Source: the human T2T-CHM13v2.0 reference genome, Homo sapiens
Assembly (NCBI RefSeq): GCF_009914755.1
Contig: NC_060947.1
Strand: one strand, 5' to 3'
Length of the DNA: 64,000 nt
Under the pieces are notes generated by a model. That model was not told where the DNA came from and did not search any database. It saw nothing but the letters and a program-made list of their open reading frames with translations. Below, piece after piece: positions 28,636-43,786 of this stretch. The translations under genes were made by a program, and so were the position numbers. How positions within the stretch are numbered: the stretch's first letter is position 1; every line of letters starts with the position of its first letter.

Positions 28636-29597
28636 ATCCTTCATCACTCTTGAAAAATGAATTGATATTAGGGTATTATATTACATTAAGAATGGCAGAA
28701 GAATCTGGTATCTCTTCTATCTCTTTCTGAGGTAGTAAAGTCCTCAGTTTCTCTGGAAATACCAATATTGTAATAAAATATATACTTAAAACAGTAATTA
28801 GTATCTGTCAATTATGGTTATTCTTAAGTCTCAGTCTTTATTCAAGATCAGCAGCTTCTGCAGCGATGACCATCTTCCTGCAACCTTCCCTCGATCTCAG
28901 TCTTGGGTCAATAATTTGTTTTGCCATTCACAGAATCTCAAATGGTATACATTCCCAGCTCAACTGAGGGCAGAACGCATGTTACATTAAACAAGTTATG
29001 ATGAGTAATTATGGCTGTCACCAGGTATCATGACTAATCGGGAACAAGAATCAAGAATGTATTATTGAGTAGGGTATAGTAAAGGAGGATGAAGGCTTAG
29101 GTAAATAAAAAGTTTGCCAAAATTCCATGTTCAAGGCATTTGAAGTACTTCAGTTTGTTTTAGGGCACTTCTCTTTGGTTTTCTTGCGAGACAGAATAAT
29201 GATGCACACCAAAGTGAGCCAGTTAGCAGCAGTCTTCCTGCTGACCTCCTGATATTGCTCCTTATATTCCACTTTTCTCTTAGCACTAAATTTTGATTAT
29301 CTAACCCATTGAAAACAGAATTATTGATGCATACACAAAATCATAAATGATGTCAATTATTGGCAGGTTGTGACAGTGATGGAATATATCACAAGTTTTA
29401 AAAAAGAATAATTATTTTGCTATTGTTATATTATCACTATATCTTTCATGAATTTTGTTTCTCTGCTATTTGGAGAACTGTAATCTTACCTTTAGGCTGG
29501 TTCTACATTTGAGAATTGGATTATTTAAGGTCCTAATATCATTTGTGTGTTCTAGGCAACCAAAATGAGTTTTTCATTAGCAAATATGAGAAGAGCA

Positions 29598-30021
29598 TGA
29601 TATAGTTTGTATGTTTGTCCCCGTCCAAATTTCATGTTGAATTATAATCCCCAGTATTGGAGATGGGGCCTGGTTAGAGGTGACTGGATCATGGGGATGG
29701 ATTTCTCGTGAATGGTTTAGCACCACCTCTTGGTGCTGTCATCACAAGAGTGAGTGAGTTCTCATGAGGTCTGGCTGTTTAAAAGTGTTTGTCACCTCCT
29801 TCTCTCTTTCTCGCTCTTGCTTTCACCATGTGACATGCCTATTGCCCTATCACCTTCAACCATGATTGAAAGCTTCCCGAGGCATCACCAGAAGCTGAGC
29901 AGATGCCAGCATCATGCTTCCTGTAAAGCCTGCAGGACTGTGAGCCAATTAAACCTCTTTTCTTTATAAATTACCCAGTCTCCAGTATTTCTTTATAGCA
30001 ATGTGAGAATGACCTAATACA
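29598..30021 (+). mobile_element. MaLR solo LTR (MSTA-like)
   Basis: TG...CA ends (tgatatagtttg..cctaataca), gtgagccaattaaacctcttttctttataaattacccagtc; perfect TSD gagca at 29593-29597 and 30022-30026. Confidence 0.92.
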
Positions 30022-30117
30022 GAGCACTCACACTTCAAAATCATAACTAAGCTACTCACTCACTTGTTTTTCACCTACTTCATGCCAAATACTGTGTTAG
30101 GATCTGGGGATACAGTG

Positions 30118-30633
30118 GTATCATAGATTAAAGGTGGCCAAAAATTATTTGATACTGCTCTCATCAAGAGGTGGGATCTATGTCCTTCCCCTTGAATCTA
30201 GGCAAGCTCTGTGACTGCTTTGACCAACTGTGTATGACACAAGTGACACTGTGACAATTTCTGGACCCAGGTCTTAAGAGACTGGCATTTTCCATTTCCT
30301 GTCTCTTGGAACACTCACTCTTGGAGCCCTAGGCTACCATATAAGAGCTCTGACAAACCTAAGGCTAGCTACCATGCCAGTAGGAGGCCCAAGTAGTCAA
30401 ATAGAGAGGCTACCTGTAGAGAGAAGGATTTCCATCTGCTGTCCAGCTGTTCCAGCCCCCAGTTATTTGAGTCATCCCAGCTGAGGCTTCCAACATCATG
30501 GAGCAGAGATAAGCCATGCTAGCCATGCCTTATCTGAATGTCTGACCCATGGACACATGAAATAGGATGATACTGAATTGTTTTAATCCATTACTTGGAA
30601 CAATTTGCTACATAGCAGTAGATATTCAAAACA
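30118..30633 (+). mobile_element. MaLR solo LTR (MLT1F/G/H-like) interrupting a reverse L2 end (about 30055-30690)
   Basis: ctgtgactgctttgaccaa, cccagctgaggc..catggagcagagataagcc, gctacatagcagtagata. Confidence 0.78.
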
Positions 30634-31407
30634 AGAAGAGAACAAATCGGACTTGGTCTTTGTCCTTACAGAACTTAAGATTTAGAAATGATGACAATTC
30701 AGAGCTAACATTGTACATCCTAGGGTGAACCAAGAAACTGAAATGCAGCAATTCCAAAGAAAGCTAGAAGAAACCCATCATCTTGTTTCATTTTTTTTTT
30801 TTTTTGCTTGTTAATATTGCTATTATGTGCCTAGTGCTGTACTAAATTTGGTCCTAATTCTAGAAATTTTCAATTAAGGGTAGGCATTCCACCAGAGTGG
30901 GCAGAAGAGGTCAACACAATTGATTCAGCAGGACTGTTGCAAGATTTTAGATCTTTAAGCTGTTCTTAAAATTTACTCTAAGTTATAGACATAATAATCA
31001 AATTCCTGCGAACATACACATTCTTCTCATAAAATGTGGACTTTTTTCCTACTTTGGTGGGACCGGGATTATCTGATATAATGGGTGGGATGTTAAGACA
31101 TCATAGGTTAAGATCCACTGGCCTAGAGGAGTTTATTAGCCTAAGGTGTGAGGCAGAGTGTATACCAACTTATTCATGAGATATGCAAAGGTACTCCAGC
31201 GAACTAAGGGGAGAAATATTGTTCCATTAATGTGATTTCTAGATCATGTTCAGTCATCTTTTTCCTCTTTTTAAACCACTATAATAAAAGTTCAAAAATT
31301 AAGTGAAATGATAATGTTGGGTATTTAAAGGCTCTCAGGGAAAAAGATCAGAAAGAAAAACAAACACTTAAGATCTTTCCTTGGAAAGCTGCAGAAACTG
31401 TATAGAC

Positions 31408-31700
31408 CAGAAATCACAAACTCAAATGCCAGCAAGGCCAGGCATGACATTGAAAGTGAAGGACGTGAGTCAAGTGAGTGGTGAGCTAGAAAGGCATGCC
31501 ATGTCCCATCCAGAGGGGCAGCTGGCCCTTAAGCGTCAGACCACCTATGCCGTGCCCATGCATCCTAGGTTGCCCATGCATCCCAAGCTGTGTAAATTTT
31601 CTGGAGAAGGAAGATATTCTGATTTTTATGTTGGATCTCCTAATTTCTAAATGTCAGGACAAACAAAATACATCTGTGGGCTGATTTTAAGCAACCTCTG
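31408..31700 (-). mobile_element. MER102-like hAT-Charlie element
   Basis: cagaaatcacaaac ... gcaacctctg ends; gatttttatgttggatctcc and caaacaaaatacatctgtgggc motifs. Confidence 0.6.
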
Positions 31701-32639
31701 ATATGGACATCTGACACGGATTGACGTGAGGATCAGCCTCTCATGGTTACAAAACAGACAGATGAGTTTGGTTAGACCTTGCTGTCAGCCGCTGCACTAA
31801 CCCTGGTAAGATTTTGTTTTTTTAAATGCACTTCTCCACTAGTGATGGCGAGTGAAATGTCTGGCTTTGCAAATTACTGCTGTCATTTAGTTTAATGTAC
31901 TCCTGCTTTTACATATTTATAAAAACCTTTTACATTATTAATAGTGATTAAATGCTTAGACACTAAAGATCAATAATGCTTCTGTTCACCTATTTACATT
32001 TTTAAAAAGTAATAAGTCGTACAGGGCTCGTAGAATATGTGGTTTACTTTGCAGTCATGTTTGGAGTAGTTGAAGAAAACAAACTCGAGCTACAGGATAT
32101 AAATTGCATTTAGGAAAAAAATGGCAACTCAGTTGAGTTTGCCCAAGATCTTCACCATGGGCAGGGTGCACGTTCACATTGTTGTTACACCATCACACGG
32201 CACAGAACATACATATTCCATGGGCTTTCACATGTGGGTGCAGCTAACTCAAAACAAGAAGGTCTGGTCTCTCTTGGTTGCACAAGGATAAACAATTTTT
32301 TAGCTTTTGTGTGTCCTTGCAACACTTAGTCACCTGTGTGCCACCATCTTTAGCTCCAAAGGTTTCTGATGGTGGCAACATTCAGCAGCAAATCAGCTGT
32401 GTGGGTCGCATTTTGCCGGTAGGCAAACAAGCCCCTTCAAAATGCTTTCTTCACCCGCCTACCCAGCTCTCTCTCTCAATTATGCAGCAAAAACTAAAAA
32501 GCAAAGTGGTTTGTTCACCTGATTATGGCACATAAGTGTCCTAGATCTGCCTGAGGAGAGCAATCCTACAGTCCGAGATGTATAAGAGCCATAAGTATTT
32601 CACATTCAGCTAGCCCAGCTTTCTAAGTAGCCAAAATGG

Positions 32640-32870
32640 CCCAGCATAGTGGTTTAGAGACTAGGCTGTCAGCACCAGTTCAAATTCTGGGTTCGAAATC
32701 TGACTGACACTCATTAATTGTGACCCTGAACAAGTCATTTACTGGGCATCTCTGTTCTTATTTCCTCACTGACAAATGGAGATAGTAATAGTACCTACCA
32801 TATAGAGTTTTTGTGAGGATTAAATAACACATGTAAAAGTTTAGCATGAGATCTTTGACATAACAAATGC
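32640..32870 (+). mobile_element. MIR
   Basis: cagcatagtggtt..ctgggttcgaaatc..aatagtacctacc..tgtgaggattaaat. Confidence 0.8.
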
Positions 32871-33114
32871 CCAAGGACAATTTACATGTATCAAAAGGTC
32901 CATTTCATGAGTCACTCAATTGTGATCTACAAAGAAAAAATTCATTAGCACTGATTTGAAGTTTGTAAATGATGTCACTGAAATGTATTAAATTGAACTG
33001 GATTTTTAAAATGTCATTTGGTTTCTAAGTTTCTTGTGTTGACCCAAATACCATTTACCTAGTATAAATTTGGTTCACGTCACCAGGCTTATTTAAGGAC
33101 CCATTGAAATGGGG

Positions 33115-33310
33115 CAGCTGTGGCGTAATGGAAAGGTTACAAGAGTTGCTACAATGCAAGCTTTCTGCATGTGTGATTTGGGGCAAGTTATTTAATCTCT
33201 CTGAACCTCAGTTTCCTTATATATAAAATGCACCTAATACAAGTATCTACTTTACAGGGATAATGTGAGGATAAAAGGACATAATGTATGTTTGTTTGCT
33301 TTGTAAACTA
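33115..33310 (+). mobile_element. MIR
   Basis: gggcaagttatttaatctctctgaacctcagtttcc core. Confidence 0.8.
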
Positions 33311-35242
33311 AAAAGTACTATATAGATGTAAGAGACTGTAGCTATTATGATTTATATATATGATCAGAGTTGGACTTATTTTGCCCAAAGATATCCCAAA
33401 TAAAAATGCATGTGTTGATTTTTTAGAGGAAATAGAATTAGATTGTTTGTCCTCAGCTACTTTCCTCACGAAAAGCCTTTGCCTTTTCTGATAGAATGGA
33501 TATATTTGTAAGAGCTGAGACCCCTGGATGAAGGAGACCCATCGTTCTGAATTTAAATGTGACTTGCAGAGCCAAATGATAACTTGGAGCATTTTACAAA
33601 AGAATGAGGGAAACTCAATCAAACCAGGAGGAGGAGAAGGGCATTAACCACCACAAGAAATAGGTTTATTCACTCTGAGCGGCTGGCAAGTGCTGCTGAT
33701 GCATGAAGCTAAACCGCAGGGATTTAAGTTTGTCCTCACTTTTCTAAGTTTATTGCTCACATGCTCTGCTCTGGGTCACAATGACTTGTCTCTTGTCTCT
33801 CTTAGGTCTTGACTTTCTCCCCTTACTTGAGTTTAGTGAGTCATTTAACACTTCTCCATGTCATGGAGGTTGTTATTTCTTTCACTTCATTTCTTTTTTT
33901 TGGATCAACTTTTCTCTATGAGTGAAGAAAGCTACAGAGTTGATGTCTTACCTCTACCTTAAATAGGAAAACAGGGATAATGGTTGCTTTTTGTTCTTTT
34001 TGTTCCTCTGGTGTATAATAAATAAGTCTCGACTATCTAAATAATCACTTTGACTATACCACATCTGAAAGTCACTGCAGAGTTGTTATTGAAGCTGGAA
34101 GAAATACTTCAAAATGGAGATGACTGAATCTCTTGGAAGAAGGAAAACTTTGACTAGATCCCCTGGCAGAAAAGCCCTTTCTTGTGATTCACTGGCAGTT
34201 GGATTTTGGGTTCTGCCAGAGACCTAGAGAGTCAGAACTACACAATAAAAAAAAAATTTTAAACTTTTAAGTTTCAATAACAGTTCTAGTATACAACTGA
34301 AGGGAAGGGAGTTGAGAGTTTGAAATTTCCATGCACATCTTATTTTTCCCCTTTTCTACTATGTATAGGTCAAGATGGAGTTGTAATTTTCTTAGATTGT
34401 CACTGATATCAATATAAACTCTTGACCAAGTTATTCTTGGGGAATGATAACTCCCACCAGGCTGCAACTGAGGGAGTGGGATGTAGACAGGAGTTCCTGG
34501 ACAAATACTTTCCATGTTTCTTAAAAATTCCTGTTTGCAACAGTCTACAAAGCCAGTGAAATATTGACTTGTGGAATGCATACAGGAGAACATTTTTGTG
34601 CCTGGAAATGTTGACTTTAGTGACTTACCTCTAATGCTAATTAGTAAAATATATCATCGCTGAAGATGAATTAAAGAATAACAGTGAGCAAATTCATGTT
34701 ATTACACTTCATATAAGTAAGCTTATTTTAAAAAAATTATTTGCCTTATGGGTTGGGCTTTGGTCTGAGGTCTTAAGTGACAATTCATGCATTTGAGCTT
34801 TCCCGGAAGACAGATTTTTCACGAGTCTTGCATTTCACACTAGGATGTCAAACTTATTCAACCCTTTCCTATGGAAACATTTTTCATCATGAAATAAAAC
34901 TTAAAATTTAGTTTTTGAAATTCAAGATTTTTTCAATGAATCAATCCAGAAGCTAAACAATAAATTTGCAAATTATATTTCCCTCCTGTTTTTGTTATTA
35001 AAAGCCATATTATATATATACATACACAAACATACACACATAATTTTATGATACAGAATCTCTAGAAATGAGTTTTTTCCTTAATCAGTAAGGGTTTTGG
35101 CTTTCCAGAGAAGTCCTAAAAAGAAATGAACGTGGATTATGTGGAATGGGAAGTAACCTGATCCTTAGAAGATATCTTCCTTTCGTAGTTCAGGAAAAAC
35201 ATGACCATTGTTCACTAAGGAATAAAATAAATACATATGTAC

Positions 35243-35459
35243 CTGCTGTCAAATGACACCTCAGGAGGAATGACATGAGTACTGTCCTTGCCAATGAGGA
35301 ATTTGATTCGATCATAAAAAAGTCTTGAAGTGTGCTGAGAGAAGAGAGTTTGGCTTTGCTGAATGAGGTCAAGAGGATCTGGTGAGCCCTGGCAGAGAGG
35401 ACTTATATAACAGTTGCTTTGTTGACAACAGTCAGGATCCACACAGTCGGTTAAACCAT
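35243..35459 (-). CDS. TENM1: Teneurin-1 exon, Cys-rich region ([17 protein letters not shown]...PPEVSFDSR), 217 nt, phase 1-2
   Basis: Acceptor tttatttccag|AT, donor GCAG|gtacat; teneurin DCxDPDCC motif; ORF 35215..35610. Confidence 0.96.
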
Positions 35460-35981
35460 CTGGAAATAAAACCCAAAACCAATATTGATTATTTAGCTTC
35501 AAGAGAAAAATATAGTTTAAAATATACATAAATGGAGAAAATTCTAAAATATAGCCAAAGATAATCAACCTTGTTTTGAGTTCAGAATTTGTTAAATTCA
35601 CATTTTTCATGAATTATCACTCACTCTGAGTTCACATGGCACCTCAGAGAAATTCAAAGTATTTTGTTCATAAATTTTTCTTTCCTGAATTATCCAGCAT
35701 TTATCAGCTGGAGAATATAGTTTATATAGTTATTGTTTAGAGTTTGGGTAAACAATTCTATTACATATCACTGTTTAGAAATTTCTTCTTCCTCAGTGAG
35801 ACCATTCTTTCCGAATGCGATGATTTCTTGTAAGTACACCTAGTACATCTATGAGCACACAATTAACAAGTACTTGCTACCTGAATTTGTATTTTTTTAA
35901 AAAATCCTCCCAATATTGTTGTCTACTGGTAATGCTCAAAATAGAGGTTGGGATTCTCATGGTGAAAAAAGATATTTCGAG

Positions 35982-36511
<530 letters not shown>

Positions 36512-39057
36512 TTACTACCAAATCTGACATACATGAATGCGATGACTTTCTCTGTTTCATTTTCTGGCCCTTCACCATTTGCTGTAGACTGCTGAATCCA
36601 CTGTTGTACCACAAATAAAACTCATACAAAGGCTTTGTTCTTTGGTAGAGAAATGATATAGGGAACAGGGATTGTGAGGCAGGGAGACCACTGAGAATCT
36701 AACAGGTGCAAAATACTGTTAGGTGCTTGCAGAGGTGAAGAGATAAAAATACCCTTTTCCTGTTTTCAAGAGCTCTGGGCTTAGTAGGAGAAAGAGATAT
36801 GTAAACAGCTAACTCTTATACTAGCAAAAATGTAAGAAGTGCTTTAAGAGAGTTACATGCAAAGAGAAGGGGTTGGAGTGATTAACTGAGCATATGGACA
36901 CTTCATTCCATGCCCCATAAGCAAAAAAATTAAAGTTCTTCCCAGGTCCTTAAAGAAGGCAAGTGGCTCTAATTCAGTTGTTTAACAAGGGTAAATATAA
37001 AGACACTAATCTTCTTGGCTTGCCTTGGAATAGGAAGGTTCGGATGGATCACCGTCTCCTTAAGGCTGCTGCTGCAGCAAGTTACTAGCACTGATTTCCT
37101 GCAGCTCTTTTGCTTGCTCTCTCTCCCCCACTTGTCTGCTCCCGTGGAGTTAGAGGCGGGTGTACCACAGCTGGGGGCAATGAAAGCGAGGAACACCAAG
37201 AGAGTAGACGTTTGGAACAGCAGCCCTAGGGCACCCAGGAAATATTTTTCCCCACATGTGGTCCTTTCAAATTCCCTGTACTATAGACACTACTTTGATT
37301 TAAAATGCAGTTTGCTTTTTTTCTTGCCTTCCCTGTTTGTTCAATGTGTTTTTGCCCCTGATTTCTATTTCTCTGTATACATATTTTTTTCATTGATGAC
37401 TTTTTAGTGTGAATTTGTTTCAATAAGAAGTTTCTTTCTGCTTCCCCTTTTCCCATCATTCAGCAAATTATATTAACAGATTTTTTAGGGATTTTAGATA
37501 CCACTACCACCTCTCCCTCCAATACGCTGTTCTCAGCCTCTTATTAGCACATTATCTCTTTACTCTGCTAATTAAACATCTGGATGCGCTGAAAAGCTGG
37601 CAAAAATATCAGGCTGATTAAGAGAGTTCTCTGATGTCTGGAATTGGTGCATAATGCACTAAACAATGAAAAACTGCTTTTCAAATGGGCAGTCACTTTT
37701 ACATTTTTATTGAATACTGAATTTGTTATTGAGCTAATATATGTGGAAGTATCCAGTGTCATGCCTGGCAAATATTAACAAATACACTAGTAATAATCAC
37801 ATTGGGCAGTCACAGGTTTCAACCTGTCAACCACAAAATTCCGACTTATTTTTGAAAATAAATAGATTTTAAATAAATATTAATGCCAAAAACGATCTTA
37901 AAAAAAAACTAAAAAAATCTAAACATAGAACCAATTCATAATTGGGACTCACATTCTCATCTAGTAATGTTCTATACATTCCAAGCTAATGTTTCATATT
38001 TAATCATTGCCTATTATGTAGGGCTGACCCTTTAAGACCTCTGTTTTCTGAGACATCAGCAAGGCTCCTGTTGAGTCTAGAAAGACCTCAGGCAAGCCGA
38101 TCAATAATGGCATGCAAACCCCGTATTATAATTTGTAGGTAAGTCCAGCACACGGGCAAAGATGAACTTACCAATTATCACATTGACTAACACCCCATAT
38201 AGTACGTCTAGACTGTTGCAAAGAAGTGCAAATGACAATCACACTGAATATGTGCCTTGTTTTTTGGCTATTAACAGTTTTTTTTTTTTTTTCTAATTGT
38301 TCAGAATTGGAAGCTGTGGCACCCTACTGACAGCCAAGCTCAGCGTCGTCAGATATGGGCATGTCAAATATTAACTGATTTTTACTTTTAGGGCCTGTTC
38401 TCTTCAAAGGAATAAAAATACTAGGTAGCTAAAAAAGAGGGAGGTTACACTGACTTGAAGGACTATCTATGGCATTCATTGATCCTAGCTTTGCCAACCA
38501 GTTTGGGACTTTGCCAGTTGGCTCAATTGGTGTTGATGAAGCACTGGTTTCTTTGCTGCGTGATCAAGTCATCACTAGTAAACTTATGCCTACTAATTGT
38601 ATGCCCTTGGCTGAAAGGGGAAATGGATGAAGGAATATGAGTGATACAGAGGAAACCCATACTTTCTAATCCTGAAAATGAATTTACAAATATATATCCT
38701 TTAGAGACAGCACTTGTATTATCACCTTGATAATAATGGGTGGTTAATTCATGGTAGGTTATACAAAAGGATTTGAAAACACGTACAGATTAGTTAATAT
38801 TTGCCAGGCACTAGGTACATCCACGTATATTATCTCAACAAATCCCTTCAACAAGCCTGTTAGGTTGATATTCTCATCCCTATATTACAAACAAAGAAGG
38901 GGAGGCTAAATGTAGTTGCAGTGGGAAGTAACCTGGGAGTCATATGAACACCTAGTGTTATGCATGCAAATCACACATTCAACATCATCATCTAAACAGT
39001 GTGTATTACTAGTACTGATCTAGGCTGTAGGACTTCCAAGTGCATGACTATACATAG

Positions 39058-39428
<371 letters not shown>

Positions 39429-39562
39429 CTGCTTTGGCTCTAAGCTTAACGTTGCCACTTACAATCTGTAGAATCCTAGACAAGTCAGTTCCTCATTTGT
39501 AAGATGTAAATAACAATAATACTCACTCTATAAGTTGTTGTAAGTATCACATGCTATAATAA

Positions 39563-39602
39563 AGATGAGATTGGGTGCACTCAGGGTGGTATAGCCATAG
39601 AC
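39563..39602 (-). pseudogene. 5S rRNA 5' fragment (nt 1-40), tailless retrocopy
   Basis: Minus strand GTCTATGGCTATACCACCCTGAGTGCACCCAATCTCATCT vs 5S GTCTACGGCCATACCACCCTGAACGCGCCCGATCTCGTCT: 33/40, five of seven differences at CpG. Confidence 0.88.
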
Positions 39603-39898
39603 TGGAGAACATTAGGCTAAGTGAAATAAGTCAGTCATAGAAGGGAAAATACTCCATGATTGCTCTTATATGAGGCATCTAAGATAGTCAAACATATAGA
39701 AGTAGACAACCGCATGGTGGTTACTTGGGGATTGGTTATGGGGATATGAGGAGTTGTTTAATGGGTATAAAGTCACAGTTATAAGATGAGCAAGTTCTCG
39801 TACAACATAGTACTTATAGTTAATAATGAGGTATTGTGCAGTTAACAATTTTTTAAGAGGGTAGACCTCATGTTAAGTGTTCTTAACACACACACACC

Positions 39899-39929
<31 letters not shown>

Positions 39930-40108
39930 ACACACTCCACCCCAGAACAAAGGGACAAGAAGAAAACCGTTGGATGTAATGGATATGTTTATTACCTTGT
40001 TTGTGGTGATGGTAACATGAGTTTATACATATGTGTAAACTGACCAAATTATTTACATTTATTATGTTCAGGTTTTGTACACCATTTATACCTCAATAAA
40101 GCTGGAAA
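39603..40108 (+). mobile_element. L1M (L1MA/MB-like) 3' end with internal (CA)n at about 39887-39935
   Basis: acattaggctaagtgaaataagtcagtca..gtttaatgggtataaag..tatacctcaataaagctg. Confidence 0.85.
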
Positions 40109-41340
40109 GGTAATCATAATAAGCTTACTATCTAGTACATAACCAGCACTTGATAAATGTTAGCTGTTGTTATTATATCAAATTCTAAAACATACAGACT
40201 GCAAAGAATCTAAGGATAGAGTCTTAGGGGTAGATGTCAATGGTTTGCAATGGCAGCTTAAAGCATTCAACCCCTTTTATTGAAGTTGCCTTATCACTGG
40301 CCAGAGGGTAATTGATTTCTGTGTAGCACGTTCCAGTTGTTGGAATGTGTTCATTTTATGAACTATGCTTGGTTAGGTTGTCAGGTAGGTAGGATCTTAT
40401 GTGACTCTGAGTAGACAAACACTAATACTACAGAAACTTTTCATTCATTGGATTTGATTGATTCAGAATTTGTCACCATTTGGACAGGGGTTGGATTTAA
40501 GCTTAAGCTTTTCAGCATCTGTAGAACAGTGGGTCTGCTGAGCAAATTAATAGTGAAAATAAAATGGAAGGGCTGATCATTCCAATGACTCAGTAAAGCA
40601 AAGTCTTCTTAGGCATTTTAGAAAGCCATAAGCAATGAACTAACTATAAATCATTCATAACTCTTTACTAAAGCAGGCCTCCTACTAGGCACTCCTGTTA
40701 GCTTAGTTGTTGCCCTTACATGTATTGAAGGTAATAGGACTGTATTTCCTCTGGAAATAGTCTATAATTCATATTCTTCATTTCTTCAGGCTGATTTTCA
40801 CCCCTGGATTTTACTGTATTAGAAAAAAGAAAGTGAGAGAGACTCAAGTGCACTCAGGATTTGGCCTGCCCAAATCATTATTGTTGCTATAACCACATAC
40901 CATTAAACTTTTCTGGGTTGGGAAAATACGTTGTTTGTATGCCACTAATGTTCATGTCCTCCTGGTGCCTACCTGCCATTGATGGCTTTTCATATCACTT
41001 AGAATAAAAGCCTAAGTCTGAACAATGACTTATTACCTCACAGTCTGATTCTTTGCCATCTCCCTCTTACCTCTCAGATCTTACCTCTTCTGATCCACCC
41101 AATCTCCTTCCCACTCCTCTGGCTGTTCCTTAATTTCCCAGGCAATGTTATCAGGACGTTTGCACACACTATTCCTATGCCTGGAATGTTCTTCTCCCTG
41201 GTATCAACATGGCTTAACCTTCACCTCCTTTGGGTCTTTATTCAAATGTCATCTTCTTAGTGAGATTTTCTCTGGCTACCTTATTTAAAATTTCCCCGTC
41301 CTACACTCCCTGTCCTTCCTTTTCCTGCCTTATTTTAATC

Positions 41341-41988
<648 letters not shown>

Positions 41989-42193
41989 GCCTTTAAAAAA
42001 AAAAAAAAAAAAAAACAAATTTTCTTCATCACATTTACCACCTTCTATCATAATATGTATTTTTAAAATTTGGTTTAATTTCTGCCTCTTGTAACTAGAA
42101 TATAAGCTTTATGGAAGCATGAATTTTATCTTTTTTATGCATTGCTATTTCCTCAATGACTAGAACAGTACCTGGCTTAAAGTAAGCATTCAA

Positions 42194-42492
42194 GGCCCAG
42201 CACGGTGGCTTACGCCTGTAATCCCAGCACTTTGGGAGGCCGAGGCAGGCAGATCACTTGATGTCAGGAGTTTGAGACAAGCCTGGCCAACATGGTGAAA
42301 ACCCATTTCTACTAAAAATACAAAAATTAGCTGGGGGGTGAGGGTGGCATGCACCTATAGTTACAGCTACTTGGGAGGCTCAGGCAGGAGAATAGCTTGA
42401 AACCAGGAGGTGGAGGTTGCAGTGAGCCGAGATTGCACCACTGCACTCAAGTCTGGGTGACAGAGCGAGACTCCATCCTCCCCCCCAAAAAA
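42194..42492 (+). mobile_element. Alu (AluS), candidate donor of the fragment at 44560
   Basis: Full dimer, short tail, flanked by cattca. Confidence 0.94.
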
Positions 42493-43786
42493 TGAACATT
42501 CATTATATATTTGAATAATGAATAAATGGATGCCATAAAAGTCCTATTTCTATGACATTTGTAAATGTGCCCAGAGATTAACAAATGTCCAACTAATATA
42601 TCAAATTGTTATTAACAGATTCTTCATTGATAACACACTTTTATTGCCCACTTTAAATGACTGTATTTCAACTCTTTTCTCATTCATTTTCATCACTGCA
42701 AAGTAGACAGATATCAAGTATCAGTAGCCTTAGTTGGTAGATAATGTGATGGGCCCAGTCATACAGTGGTGAACAGTTACAGAGTTGAGATTTTCTACTT
42801 TGCAGTTGCATCTGGAGGCACTTGGGCAGTTTAGGCTCTTATAACTAAGTGATGATCCATTAATAAATGGGTTGCTTCAAAATTAAAGGGGTATGGTGAG
42901 AAAAGAATAATTAGAAATATGCTTTCTGATGCCAAGTCTTTTGTCTCCAACCAAATCTCAAAAGTAAATGTGAAGATGTCTGCCTCTTAAATAGAGTAAA
43001 TGTTATAAATTCATTGTTCCTTCTCTTTCATTTTCCTATTTATTAAACACTGAAGCATGCTGGTGCCATTCTAAACATGAGGCTCATTGATCCATGAGCT
43101 TGTATGTGTTCATAACTCACCCATGGTGCTGTTTTCTGGATCTAGAAACACTACATCATAAAAGAGGCTTGCAAATAGCTATTGCTCTTAATGAATGGTG
43201 ACTTGTTATGAAGAATGATTCCTGGAAGATCATTCTCTTTTAGGCAATTAACTTATTGATTTTACCAATGAATATGAATATAGACCACTGGAAGAGTTTA
43301 TACCAGAGAAGCTTGGACAAACGTGATAAATACTTAAAAGATCAGAGAAAAAAAGGCTGTTTGGATTAAACACTCTTACTCTACATTTTTTGAGCCTCCT
43401 TGAAAATATTTCCACAATATCAGAGACCACTTTCCTTCCTCCATAAGTCGAGTGAATGAAATGGAATCTTTGTATGGTAACTGAAGATCTTGTAAAACTC
43501 ACAATGTTCTGTATGATCTGGCCCCTGACTACTTTTCTATACTAATCTCTTCCTGACTCATGTTCCAGCCACAAAGACATGCCTTTTACTTTAGAGCCTA
43601 GTACATTTCCACCTCAGGGCATATATACATGCTGTTTCCTCTGTCTGGAACGTTTTTCCCCTGACTCATGTGAGGCCTCTCTCACCACCCAGACTAGGTC
43701 AGGTCCCCATGCACATTTATAGAATTACACAATTTTAAAATTATAAAATTTTTCTAGCACTCTTCACAGTTGTAAATATATAGCTA

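Noticed and set aside
31553-31588. tgcccatgcatcc repeated twice
   Set aside because: Ordinary short slippage duplication within a MER element
37150-37185. CTCF-like acagctgggggcaa
   Set aside because: Three mismatches to the core; not supportable from sequence alone
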